Origin: an uncultured Clostridia bacterium
GTDB taxonomy: Bacteria; Bacillota; Clostridia; Christensenellales; CAG-314
Direction: 5' to 3'
Assembly: GCA_944364615.1 (NCBI GenBank)
Contig: CALVWF010000010.1
Coordinates: 1,388-65,387 of the forward strand
DNA length: 64,000 nucleotides
In this document: positions 1 to 9,355 of the stretch, in pieces
Layout of the letters: the number at the start of each line of letters is the position of its first letter
How positions within the stretch are numbered: position 1 is the stretch's first letter
Notes under the pieces: model-generated
Databases searched by the model: none
Seen by the model: the letters and a program-made list of their open reading frames with translations, nothing else
Told to the model about the DNA's origin: nothing
Program-made: the position numbers and the translations under genes

Positions 1-2
1 GT

Positions 3-2981
3 GACACGGCAACAATTTCTTCCGCTGTGCCCCAACGTTTGGGCTATACCTTTATAGGTTGGTCTACAAATAAATATGCGGAAAGCGAGCAAGATATCGT
101 CCAAGACACGGTTGTATTTGCAGGAGGGGACATCGTACTGTATGCTGTGTGGCAGGGTAACGATTATACGGTAACATACGACCCCAACGGCGGCACGGGA
201 GATATATATTCCGATGTGTTTACGTACGGTACGGTAGGACTTCTTTCCTTAAACGCTTTTGAAAAGACGGGACACACTTTTGTCGGTTGGGCGCTTTCGG
301 AAAACGGCGCTGTAGTGTACGGCGACGGTGCAAAAATATCCGACCTCAGCACGGAAAACAACGGCAATATTACGCTTTACGCAGTTTGGGAACAGACTGT
401 GACGGTAATAACCTTTAATTCCGATACAGGTTCGCAAGTCAACGATCCGATTGCCGTTGCCTACGGTGAACATCTGTCGTCGGACGGAGTTGTTTCGCCT
501 GTCAGAACGGGATATCGATTTGCCGGATATTTCACGCAATCCGACGGTGAGGGTGAAATGATTTTCGATGCCGAACTGAACGTTACCGTTGTCGGCTATT
601 GGGATAAAAACGTCAAAGTGCTTACTCTTTATCCTTATTGGTTGCCTGTTACGTACACGGTCGTTTATATAAACGGACAGGAAATAGTGGCTGAGCAGGC
701 GGCAATATACGGGACTACTTTCAGTCTGTATTCTGTTGAAAGCCTTGCCATCACATCACCCGACGGCAGTCATTTTGCAGGTTGGTCTTCGATACCTTCG
801 GGACAAATCGCCGCTTACACGGACGGGCAAACTATTTCGACGGCGTTGACGCAGACGGACGGTGACAGGGTTTATTTGTACGCGGTGTTTGAGGCAAACG
901 AAACCTTTGCCGTAACCTATCATGCAAACGGCGGAAGCGGAGCGCCCGTAGACAACAACAAATATTTTGCGGGAGAAACCGTGTTTTTAAGCGAAATTCT
1001 TCCCGAACGAGAAGGTTATATTTTCGGCGGCTGGAGTTTCGATCCTAATGCCGATTTAGTCAACTTTCCTTTTGTGGACGGCAATTTTACGACCGATTCC
1101 TATTCCATGCCGGACGGAGGAATGTCGCTATATGCGGTTTGGGTTGCCGACGAGACGTTGCAATCACAGATAGACGGACTCAAAGGTCAAGCCGTGTCGC
1201 TCGCTGAGGCTATTACGGCGCTTCAAAATGCCGACAGCGAATATTCTGTTCAGCTCGAACAACTCGGAACCGAAATGAAGTCTGCGCAAGATGCGATTGC
1301 AATGCTGGATGACACATATGCTACTGACGAATCTCTTGCCACAGCAGTAAACGAACTTAAAGAACTTTTAACGCAGGCAGAAACAAATCTGGAAGAAAAA
1401 ATATCTCAGGTGCAAGCAAATCTTGACAGTGCGGTTGCGGAACTGAACACCTCTATTGAATCTAACAAAGCGGACATCGAAGAGAAACTTGCAGCGGTGG
1501 ACAGCGCTTACAAGGCGGCTGACATACTCATTAACAGCAGTATAGCCGAACTTCAGACGGAAGACGGCAGACTTGCGCAAAGTATTGCCGAACTGGACAG
1601 AGCATACAAAGCGGCAGATGCGGAATTGCAACAAGCAATAAATACCGTACAAGCAAATCTCGATACGGCTGTGGCTGAACTGAACACATCTATTGAATCT
1701 AACAAAGCGGACATCGAAGAAAAACTTGCTGCGGTAGACAGTGCTTACAAGGCGGCTGACATACTCATTAACAGCAGTATAGCCGAACTTCAGACAGAAG
1801 ACGGAAGACTTGCTCAAAGTATTGCCGAACTGGACAGAGCATACAAAGCGGCAGATACGGAATTGCAACAGGCAATAGACACCGTACAAGCAAATCTTGA
1901 CAGTGCGGTTGCGGAACTGAACACCTCTATTGAATCTAACAAAGCGGACATCGAAGAAAAACTTGCGGCGGTGGACAGCGCTTACAAGGCGGCTGACATA
2001 CTCATTAACAGCAGTATAGCCGAACTTCAGACGGAAGACGGCAGACTTGCGCAAAGTATTGCCGAACTGGACAGAGCATACAAAGCGGCAGATGCGGAAT
2101 TGCAACAAGCAATAAATACCGTACAAGCAAATCTCGATACGGCTGTGGCTGAACTGAACACATCTATTGAATCTAACAAAGCGGACATCGAAGAAAAACT
2201 TGCGGCGGTGGACAGCTCTTACAAGGCGGCAGACATACTCATTAACAGCAGTATAGCGGAACTTCAGGCAGAAGACGGCAGACTTGCTCAAAGCATTGCC
2301 GAACTTGACAGCGCATACAAAGCGGCAGATACGGAATTGCAACAGGCAATAGATACGGTGCAAGCAAATCTCGACAGTGCGGTTGCGGAATTGAACGCAT
2401 CTATTGAATCTAACAAAGCGGACATCGAAGAAAAACTTGCTGCGGTGGACAGCGCATACAAGGTGGCTGACATACTCATTAACAGCAGTATAGCGGAACT
2501 TCAGACGGAAGACGGCAGACTTGCTCAAAGTATTGCCGAACTGGACAGAGTATACAAAGCGGCAGATACAGAATTGCAACAGGCAATAGACACCGTACAA
2601 GCAAATCTCGACAGTGCGGTTGCGGAACTGAACACCTCTATTGAATCTAACGAAGCGGACATCGAAGAAAAACTTGCAGCGGTGGACAGCGCATACAAGG
2701 CGGCAGACATACTCATTAACAGCAGTATAGCCGAACTTCAGACGGAAGACGGCAGACTTGCTCAAAGTATTGCCGCATTGGAAACAGCCTACAAAGCAGC
2801 CGATGAAGCCATTTGGGCGGGAATAAATCGCGTACAGGAAAATCTGAATGCGCTGATTGCCGATAATGAAAAAACATCTTCAATTTACATGATTGTCAAT
2901 ATCGTTCTCGGCGTTGTTGCCGTTGTTCTGATGGGCGCGCTGGTGGTCAGATCCGTAAAAAATAAGAATTCGCAAGAGTAA
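3..2981 (+). CDS. Large surface protein, 5' partial: Listeria-Bacteroides (InlB B-repeat-like) domains, long coiled-coil repeat stalk, C-terminal TM anchor
   Basis: Frame is open from the window edge. Repeated 'GYxFxGW' and 'TLYAVW/YxVTYxxNGG' motifs, then 79-aa alanine-rich helical repeats, then a hydrophobic segment (IYMIVNIVLGVVAVVLMGALVV) followed by basic residues. Confidence 0.85.
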   Translation, partial: DTATISSAVPQRLGYTFIGWSTNKYAESEQDIVQDTVVFAGGDIVLYAVWQGNDYTVTYDPNGGTGDIYSDVFTYGTVGLLSLNAFEKTGHTFVGWALSENGAVVYGDGAKISDLSTENNGNITLYAVWEQTVTVITFNSDTGSQVNDPIAVAYGEHLSSDGVVSPVRTGYRFAGYFTQSDGEGEMIFDAELNVTVVGYWDKNVKVLTLYPYWLPVTYTVVYINGQEIVAEQAAIYGTTFSLYSVESLAITSPDGSHFAGWSSIPSGQIAAYTDGQTISTALTQTDGDRVYLYAVFEANETFAVTYHANGGSGAPVDNNKYFAGETVFLSEILPEREGYIFGGWSFDPNADLVNFPFVDGNFTTDSYSMPDGGMSLYAVWVADETLQSQIDGLKGQAVSLAEAITALQNADSEYSVQLEQLGTEMKSAQDAIAMLDDTYATDESLATAVNELKELLTQAETNLEEKISQVQANLDSAVAELNTSIESNKADIEEKLAAVDSAYKAADILINSSIAELQTEDGRLAQSIAELDRAYKAADAELQQAINTVQANLDTAVAELNTSIESNKADIEEKLAAVDSAYKAADILINSSIAELQTEDGRLAQSIAELDRAYKAADTELQQAIDTVQANLDSAVAELNTSIESNKADIEEKLAAVDSAYKAADILINSSIAELQTEDGRLAQSIAELDRAYKAADAELQQAINTVQANLDTAVAELNTSIESNKADIEEKLAAVDSSYKAADILINSSIAELQAEDGRLAQSIAELDSAYKAADTELQQAIDTVQANLDSAVAELNASIESNKADIEEKLAAVDSAYKVADILINSSIAELQTEDGRLAQSIAELDRVYKAADTELQQAIDTVQANLDSAVAELNTSIESNEADIEEKLAAVDSAYKAADILINSSIAELQTEDGRLAQSIAALETAYKAADEAIWAGINRVQENLNALIADNEKTSSIYMIVNIVLGVVAVVLMGALVVRSVKNKNSQE
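1410..2806 (+). repeat. Intragenic tandem repeat, 237-bp (79-aa) unit, about 5.9 copies
   Basis: Units start at 1410, 1647, 1884, 2121, 2358 and 2595 (GT[A/G]CAAGCAAATCT...), exactly 237 bp apart. Confidence 0.95.
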
Positions 2982-2993
2982 GGAGGGGACTCT

Positions 2994-4121
2994 ATGAGTG
3001 CATTTTTGCTCGGTTTTTTGGCAATTGAAGCACAGTTTATATGTACTGCCGCATTGATTACGGTATGTACTCTTGCGGGTGCGTATTATTATTTGATCGG
3101 TATAAAGAAACCGCACGGAAGGGAAAAATCCCTTTCGGATCTACCGCAGGAAAACTGTTTAAACGCAGAAAACCTTTCAACCGACGAAAGTTTATTCGAG
3201 GAGAAAAATACCGCATTGCCCATTTACGGTGACAAGACAATACGAGGAAGATACAACAAGTCGTTTACCGCAAAACTAATTATGTCCACAAATTCGATTA
3301 AGCAATATTACGCGGACCTTGCCAACGAACTTTTGTCTTATGACAAAGTACGCAATCGCATTTCGTGGACAAACTCAACCTTTTATATGGGCAGAAAAAC
3401 TCTTTCAAAATTCTCAATAAGAGGAAAGACGCTGTATCTGTATCTTGCATTGGAACCACGGCATTTTCAAGATTCCAAATTTTTCGCAACTGACGAGTCA
3501 TCCGTCAAAAAGTACGAAAACGTACCTCTTCGAGTGAAGGTCAAATCACGGCGCGGCACAAAGTTTGCAAAAGAATTGATAGAAATTCTAATGAAAAAAT
3601 TCGGTGCAGTGCGGGCTGAACAAACAGCGACACGGGTAAAGTTGTCTGATTTTCCGTACGACACGGTAAAAAATCTTTTGGCGCGCGGACTTATAAAATT
3701 AAAAACAGTTGACGGTCAGTCGGTTAGCGATTCGGATCGTTTGGTTTGGGCAGACTTCGAACGCCGCAAACAGGTGGCGGTAACGGAAGCAAAAGTTTTA
3801 ATTTCCGACGAAGTGGCAGTGTCATTGATTGACGATGGGGAGGATGTCGTTTGGACAAAACCGAAAGGTATAGTAAACATCGATACCCTTTCCGAAAACT
3901 ATCAGGCAAACGATACCGTCACATTGCAATCGCTTAAAGAAAAGAAACTTGTCGGAAACTCCGTAAATTTTGTAAAGGTGCTTGCGCGAGGCGTTCTGAA
4001 CAAGCCGTTGACGGTAAAGTTACACGAATTTTCTGTGGACGCGGTAAAAATGATTGTTTTGACAGGGGGTAAAGCCGTCAGATTAAAAACTGAAAAACGA
4101 GCGGAAGTCAACAAGATTTAA
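2994..4121 (+). CDS. Membrane-anchored protein with an uncharacterised central domain and a C-terminal ribosomal uL15-like (L18e/L15P) domain
   Basis: SD AGGAGGGG before the start and an N-terminal hydrophobic segment. C-terminal 'VNIDTL...VTLQSLKEKKLV...VKVLARGVLNKPLTVKLHEFSVDAVKMIVLTGGKA' matches the uL15 C-terminal pattern. Confidence 0.7.
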   Translation: MSAFLLGFLAIEAQFICTAALITVCTLAGAYYYLIGIKKPHGREKSLSDLPQENCLNAENLSTDESLFEEKNTALPIYGDKTIRGRYNKSFTAKLIMSTNSIKQYYADLANELLSYDKVRNRISWTNSTFYMGRKTLSKFSIRGKTLYLYLALEPRHFQDSKFFATDESSVKKYENVPLRVKVKSRRGTKFAKELIEILMKKFGAVRAEQTATRVKLSDFPYDTVKNLLARGLIKLKTVDGQSVSDSDRLVWADFERRKQVAVTEAKVLISDEVAVSLIDDGEDVVWTKPKGIVNIDTLSENYQANDTVTLQSLKEKKLVGNSVNFVKVLARGVLNKPLTVKLHEFSVDAVKMIVLTGGKAVRLKTEKRAEVNKI

Positions 4122-4337
4122 CAGATATTTAATGCTGATGTCACGGCGCTTCAGTAGAAACCTTGACTACTGTAAAACTTTCGTACAGTTGTAACTAAAA
4201 TCGCAAACGCAGTATTAAAAGCGGTGTGTTGTTTTGATCGTGTCCCACCTAAAAAGTGTAAAAATGCTGACAGCGTGTTGCCCTTAGGCTTAAAATCGGC
4301 AAAAACTCTGTTAACACTGCTTGTCCTAAATAGACTT

Positions 4338-4379
4338 AAACAGCCATTCTCTTTCCGGAATGGCTGTTTCTTTTTTTTT
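4338..4379 (+). terminator. Rho-independent terminator
   Basis: AAACAGCCATTC / GAATGGCTGTTT stem followed by a T-run. Confidence 0.85.
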
Positions 4380-4623
4380 CAATTATAAAAAACGCAATTT
4401 GCAATATCCGATAACGTTGACACAAGTTGCACGTTTCTATCTTGTATTGATGGTGTAAAAGGCGGCAAAGCGTAAATGCTTTCGATGTTTTAGGCACAAA
4501 CCTTATTGTTAAAAGAACAAACTTAAAAATCGCGCAATTATATTCACTTAAAAATGTTATTTTGCGCTTGAAATTTATATACTGTGGGGATATAATATTA
4601 AAAAGAATTTCAGGAGAAGAAGT

Positions 4624-5196
4624 ATGGCTAATACCAAAGAACGCAAAAAAATAATAAGAGAACTCTTGGACATAACGGACGAAGAATTTTCAGACGAAGA
4701 ACTGATACACAGACTCACCATGACGGAAATTACCAAAGGCTCAAACAAAAAGGATAAGCCGTCCTTCGGACAGCGTGCCGCGGATGCGGTTGCTCGCTTT
4801 GCAGGCAGTTGGGCGTTCATATTCAGTTTTATAGGCGTAATGGTCGTCTGGATGGTGGTAAATGCGGTTTTGGCTTCCGACGCATTCGACGGATATCCTT
4901 TTATTCTGTTAAACCTTGTGCTTTCCTGTATAGCGGCAATACAGGCTCCGCTTATCATGATGAGCCAGAACCGTCAGGAGGCAAAGGACAGGGAGCGCGC
5001 CGAGAGCGATTATCGCATAAATCTGAAAAGCGAACTTATTATAGATGACTTACACCGCAAGTTAGAAGAGGTGTTGGAAATTCAGCGAAAACTTTCCAAA
5101 CAAATAGACGAGTTGTCATCCTCCCGTGTATGCGATAAGTGCGCGGACGACAATGCAAATCCGTCTGCAAATAAATCCGAAAAGAAAGTGCAATAA
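4624..5196 (+). CDS. DUF1003-family membrane protein
   Basis: 'FGQRAADAVARFAGSWAFI', 'FDGYPFILLNLVLSCIAAIQAPLIMMSQNRQ' family motifs. Confidence 0.85.
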   Translation: MANTKERKKIIRELLDITDEEFSDEELIHRLTMTEITKGSNKKDKPSFGQRAADAVARFAGSWAFIFSFIGVMVVWMVVNAVLASDAFDGYPFILLNLVLSCIAAIQAPLIMMSQNRQEAKDRERAESDYRINLKSELIIDDLHRKLEEVLEIQRKLSKQIDELSSSRVCDKCADDNANPSANKSEKKVQ

Positions 5197-5674
5197 AGTG
5201 CATAAAGACAGGTTGGTAATGTAATCGGTTATGTAAGTCACAATATAAAGACAAAGCAAAAGTGGCGTCAGATGGCGTAAACAGCCTGAAATATACTTAC
5301 AGTGCAACGTCTTTTTCCGTCAGTTCGTGCCCGTTTATTTTCGTCAGGTCATCTTTAAGTTTGCCGATTGATTAATTGGCGGAAAGTCTTGCATGCGACA
5401 GGTAAAGACCGTTTTGCGCAATTTCGAACTATATAAAATGCAATACCGTCAGTTTTAGCGGCATTGAGAAAACCGTTTGAGCAAAACTCAAATGCATAGC
5501 GAAAATGCGAAAAGTCAATTGTATCGAGACCGTTTCAAGGGGAAAAACAGCGGTGCAAATATTTGTCAGGCATTTTTGCAGTATGAAATCCGTTTTGCCC
5601 GTAAGCAATACAAAAAACTCTTTCGATTTAACGTATAACGTCTGTAACGTTACGTAGTAAACTCAAAATCAACG

Positions 5675-5707
5675 AGGCTTGTCTCTTTAGTCGGACAGGC
5701 CTTTTTT
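5675..5707 (+). terminator. Probable terminator upstream of the arsR promoter
   Basis: AGGCTTGTC / GACAGGCCT stem (one G-U pair) followed by a T-run. Confidence 0.55.
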
Positions 5708-5926
5708 GCTATAACAGCAATTTACCGCTGAAAAGAGTGTGTTCGGGCAGTAAATCCCCGTTTAATAAAGCAGGCTTTACGATTAGCACTTACTTAAAAT
5801 GGCTAATAAACATTTCGGTTTCCGTAACAGACCAAACTCTGCGACATTAAAACTTTGACCGTAAATATAAGAGCAACATCTCATACGACATATATAAAAA
5901 AAATCATTTTTTTTGCATTGAAACCG

Positions 5927-5986
5927 TTGACAATCGCTGCGCTTTTGTATATACTGTATTTGAACATTTGAAGAACTGTTCAAATA
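5927..5986 (+). promoter_or_regulatory. Sigma-A promoter plus SmtB/CadC-type operator of the ArsR gene
   Basis: TTGACA(5927)-N17-TATACT(5950), immediately followed by ATTTGAA-gaactg-TTCAAAT (TGAA-N6-TTCA core). Confidence 0.8.
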
Positions 5987-6009
5987 TAATAGTGTTAGGA
6001 GGCCGTGGT

Positions 6010-6339
6010 ATGGAAAATCAGACGGATACAAACAGTATCAAAAACAGGCTTCCCGACGAAGAAACGTTGTACGATGTCTCCAACCTCTTTAAAATGTTCG
6101 GAGATAGGACAAGGGTAAAAATATTGAGTTGTCTGCAAATACGCGATATGTATGTGGGCGAACTGGCGCAGTCGCTCGATATGACCGATTCTGCCGTATC
6201 TCACCAACTGCGCGTGCTTCGTTCGGCAAAACTGGTGCGCGGAACTAAAGAGGGTAAAGAGGTAAAATACTCGCTTGACGACGACCATGTCACAAAAATA
6301 CTCGAATACGGGCTTACTCACGTAAACGAGGGAAAGTAA
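6010..6339 (+). CDS. ArsR/SmtB-family metal-responsive repressor
   Basis: 'FKMFGDRTRVKIL', 'SAVSHQLRVLR...V...KEGK...YSLDDDHV'. SD AGGAGG places the start at 6010. Confidence 0.93.
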   Translation: MENQTDTNSIKNRLPDEETLYDVSNLFKMFGDRTRVKILSCLQIRDMYVGELAQSLDMTDSAVSHQLRVLRSAKLVRGTKEGKEVKYSLDDDHVTKILEYGLTHVNEGK

Positions 6340-6341
6340 TT

Positions 6342-6363
6342 ACAGGGGTTGCACCCTGTTTTT
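6342..6363 (+). terminator. Short terminator-like hairpin after the ArsR gene
   Basis: ACAGGG / CCCTGT stem followed by TTTT. Confidence 0.5.
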
Positions 6364-6375
6364 AAGGCAAAACAA

Positions 6376-6391
6376 TTGAACATTTGCTCAA
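6376..6391. promoter_or_regulatory. Second ArsR/SmtB-type operator, upstream of HMA-cadA
   Basis: TTGAA-catttg-CTCAA. Shares the 11-mer TTGAACATTTG with the upstream operator (5960-5970). Confidence 0.65.
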
Positions 6392-6459
6392 AAAAGCAAC
6401 TAATCAAGCATAAAAATTGTTTGGTAACAGAGAATATCTGAAATACGGAGGTAGTGTTT

Positions 6460-6678
6460 ATGAAAAAGAATTACAGACTCGAGAATCTTGATTGCGCAAA
6501 CTGCGCCGCTAAAATGGAACGCGCAGTTGCAAAGATTGACGGCGTCGACTCGGTAAGTATAAGTTTTATGGGACAGCGTATGTCTATCGACGCTGACGAG
6601 TCTCGTTTCGACAAAATTATGGACGATGTAGTAAAGGCGTGTAAAAGGGTAGAGCCTGACTGTAAAATCATCAGGTAA
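6460..6678 (+). CDS. Stand-alone heavy-metal-associated (HMA) domain protein
   Basis: 'LENLDCANCAAKME' CxxC motif. SD GGAGG. Confidence 0.9.
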   Translation: MKKNYRLENLDCANCAAKMERAVAKIDGVDSVSISFMGQRMSIDADESRFDKIMDDVVKACKRVEPDCKIIR

Positions 6679-6703
6679 CCTGTGTTGTTTTAAGAGGGCT
6701 TTT

Positions 6704-8656
6704 ATGAAATATTCAATGAGTAAAAGGGAAAGAAAAAATCTGATACGCATTGTTGTGGCATTTGTTTTGTTTGTTGTCATATTCGCAACCGACAAAATTC
6801 TGCAAGGCGGACTCGGAGGCGTGTTCGGCGGTGCGGCGTCGTGGGTATTTCCTTTTTGTCTTTACCTTGCGGTATATCTTATAATCGGTTACGACGTTCT
6901 GTGGAAAGCGATACGGAATATTTGTCACGGGCAGGTATTCGACGAAAACTTTCTGATGTGCGTTGCAACGCTCGGCGCGTTTGCTCTTGCCATTTACAGG
7001 GGAGCGACAGGACAGGAAATAGAGGGCTTCGACGAAGCCTGCGCCGTTCTTCTTTTTTATCAGGTAGGAGAATGGTTTCAAAGTTACGCCACGGGAAAAT
7101 CGCGTAAATCTATTTCCCAACTTATGGATATCCGTCCCGACTACGCAAATGTCATACGGCAGGATAACAGCGTCGAAAAAGTTGATCCGTCCGACGTCAA
7201 AGTCAACGACATTATTTTGGTAAATCCCGGCGAAAAGATTCCTCTTGACGGTATAATTACTGAAGGCTCCTCCGCGCTGGACACAAAGGCTCTTACCGGC
7301 GAATCGTTGCCGCGTGAAGTGCATACGGGCGCAGAGGTTATAAGCGGTTGCGTCAATCTGACTTCGCAGATCAAAGTCATGGTCACAAGAGAGTTTTACG
7401 ACTCTACCGTATCTAAAATTCTCGAACTTGTGGAAAACGCTTCGGAACAAAAATCAAAGGCGGAAAACTTTATTACGAAATTTGCAAGATACTATACGCC
7501 CGTTGTTTGTGCGGTGGCTCTTTTGCTTGCAGTTATTCCGGGATTAATTACAAACGACTGGTCCACATGGGTTTACCGTGCGCTGAGTTTTCTTGTCGTA
7601 TCTTGTCCCTGCGCGCTTGTAATATCCATTCCTCTTTCATTCTTTGCCGGAATAGGCGCTGCGTCGAAGTACGGCATACTTATAAAGGGATCGAATTATC
7701 TCGAACAATTCAACCGTGCCAATACCTTCGTGTTCGACAAGACGGGAACGTTGACTAAGGGAAATTTTGCAATCGCAAAAATCTCACCTGCGGAAAACGC
7801 AACCGAAATACTTCGTCTTGCAGCAATTGCCGAGCAGGACTCCAATCACCCTATAGCAAGATCCGTTGTTGCCCATTACGGCAAGCAAACGGAAGGCGGA
7901 TATACTTTGACTAATGTTGCAGGAGCGGGAATTATAGCAGAAAATGGCACTGACACAATTTACTGTGGCAACGAGAAACTTATGGTGCAGAACGGCATAC
8001 CGTTTGAAAAGGAAACGGGGGTAGGCACTGTTGTATATGTTGCCCGAAACGGCAAATTTGTAGGATCCATTCTGATTGCCGACCAACTGAAAGAAGAAAC
8101 AAAGCAGGTGATAAGCGAACTCAACGCTATGGGAAGCAAGACTATCATGCTGACAGGCGACAACGAGGCAATAGCAAAAGACGTTGCGGAACAAGCGGGA
8201 CTCACTGGATATAAAGCGTCGTTACTGCCACAGAATAAAGTCGAGGAAGTACAGCAACTTCTTGCGCTGAAAAAACAAAAAGACGTGCTTTGTTTTGTAG
8301 GAGACGGAATCAACGATGCTCCCGTTCTGATGCGCTCCGATATAGGTATCGCCATGGGCGGCGTGGGCAGCGACGCGGCAATCGAGGCTTCCGATATCGT
8401 GCTTATGAAGGACGATCTAAGAGGAATTTCCTTGGCGAAACGTATTGCCAAAAAGACAATGGCAATAGTGTATGAAAATATAATATTCTCTATTGCGGTA
8501 AAAGTGATTATCCTTATACTTTCCGCATTCGGCATTGCCAACATGTGGCTTGCAGTATTCGGCGACGTGGGAGTAGCAGTTATTGCAATTCTCAACGCAA
8601 TGCGTGTTAACAGCAAATACGACAAGCCTTGCGCCGATAAATCGGTCTGTAAATAA
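6704..8656 (+). CDS. cadA: Zn/Cd/Pb-type P1B ATPase lacking the N-terminal metal-binding domain
   Basis: LTGES, CPC, DKTGT, SNHP and GDGIND motifs, with a C-terminal 'DVGVAVIAILNAMR' helix. Confidence 0.9.
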   Translation: MKYSMSKRERKNLIRIVVAFVLFVVIFATDKILQGGLGGVFGGAASWVFPFCLYLAVYLIIGYDVLWKAIRNICHGQVFDENFLMCVATLGAFALAIYRGATGQEIEGFDEACAVLLFYQVGEWFQSYATGKSRKSISQLMDIRPDYANVIRQDNSVEKVDPSDVKVNDIILVNPGEKIPLDGIITEGSSALDTKALTGESLPREVHTGAEVISGCVNLTSQIKVMVTREFYDSTVSKILELVENASEQKSKAENFITKFARYYTPVVCAVALLLAVIPGLITNDWSTWVYRALSFLVVSCPCALVISIPLSFFAGIGAASKYGILIKGSNYLEQFNRANTFVFDKTGTLTKGNFAIAKISPAENATEILRLAAIAEQDSNHPIARSVVAHYGKQTEGGYTLTNVAGAGIIAENGTDTIYCGNEKLMVQNGIPFEKETGVGTVVYVARNGKFVGSILIADQLKEETKQVISELNAMGSKTIMLTGDNEAIAKDVAEQAGLTGYKASLLPQNKVEEVQQLLALKKQKDVLCFVGDGINDAPVLMRSDIGIAMGGVGSDAAIEASDIVLMKDDLRGISLAKRIAKKTMAIVYENIIFSIAVKVIILILSAFGIANMWLAVFGDVGVAVIAILNAMRVNSKYDKPCADKSVCK

Positions 8657-8674
8657 TTTTAATATACTTCTTAC

Positions 8675-8726
8675 TTGACTTAAATAGTTTTATATAGTAC
8701 TATATCGGTACCGTATAAAACTATTT
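8675..8726 (+). promoter_or_regulatory. Promoter with nested palindromes (probable MarR operator)
   Basis: TTGACT-N17-TACTAT. 13-bp inverted repeat AAATAGTTTTATA / TATAAAACTATTT encloses the 14-bp palindrome ATATAGTACTATAT and CGGTACCG. Confidence 0.7.
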
Positions 8727-8917
8727 TTTTTTACAGGTACGTCGCAATAGGAAGCAACGTCATTTTAAATAAGATGCGAGTGCTATGTGTTACAAATTAC
8801 GATGAAGGTCGATCGGCGTCAATACATTAAGTCGTGCAACAGGCGTTTTATGATTATTAAACTTACAAATTCTTTTAAAACAATCAAGGATTAAAACTAT
8901 TTACGAGGAATTTCAAT

Positions 8918-9355
8918 ATGAAAGAAAGACAGGGCGGTTTTCTTATATCGAAAATAAAGGCGATAGGAGGGCGCAGATTTGACAGAATATTGCAGCAAAA
9001 GAATATCGATGCCTTCAACGGCGCGCAAGGCAAGATTTTGTATTTGTTGTGGAACAACGGGAAGATGACCGCCACGGATATTTCACGCAAAAGCGGTCTT
9101 GCAAAGACTACAATTACTGCAATGCTTGCAAGAATGCACGAGCAGGGACTTGTGAATTTTGCGGAAAATTCCTCTGACAAGCGCAGCGTTTTTGTCAGCC
9201 TTACGCCTGAGGCTTTGAAGATGAAGGAGCAATACGACGACGTGACAAGGGAAATGGAAAATATTTATTATAAAGGATTTACCGATGCCGAAGCGGAACA
9301 GTTTGAAAGTTTTCTCAAACGTATACTAAGTAATTTGGAGGAAAACGATGAGTGA
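8918..9355 (+). CDS. MarR-family regulator (resembles the radical SAM 'mobile pair' regulator)
   Basis: 'GGFLISKIK...IDAFNGAQGKILYLLW', 'DKRSVFVSLT' winged-helix pattern. Confidence 0.85.
   Translation: MKERQGGFLISKIKAIGGRRFDRILQQKNIDAFNGAQGKILYLLWNNGKMTATDISRKSGLAKTTITAMLARMHEQGLVNFAENSSDKRSVFVSLTPEALKMKEQYDDVTREMENIYYKGFTDAEAEQFESFLKRILSNLEENDE

Noticed and set aside
1368-2765. 465-aa minus-strand ORF with repeats
   Set aside because: It is the antisense shadow of the 237-bp repeat array, with no SD and an implausible composition.
4240-4265. TGTCCCACCTAAAAAGTGTAAA, vaguely like an IS terminal repeat
   Set aside because: No matching second end, no target duplication and no transposase remnant.
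5401-5640. (A/T)CCGTTT recurring at 5408, 5472, 5529 and 5589 (spacing 64, 57, 60), suggesting a degenerate CRISPR-like array
   Set aside because: Only about 7 conserved bases, uneven spacing, a hexamer that is common in this sequence, and no cas genes.
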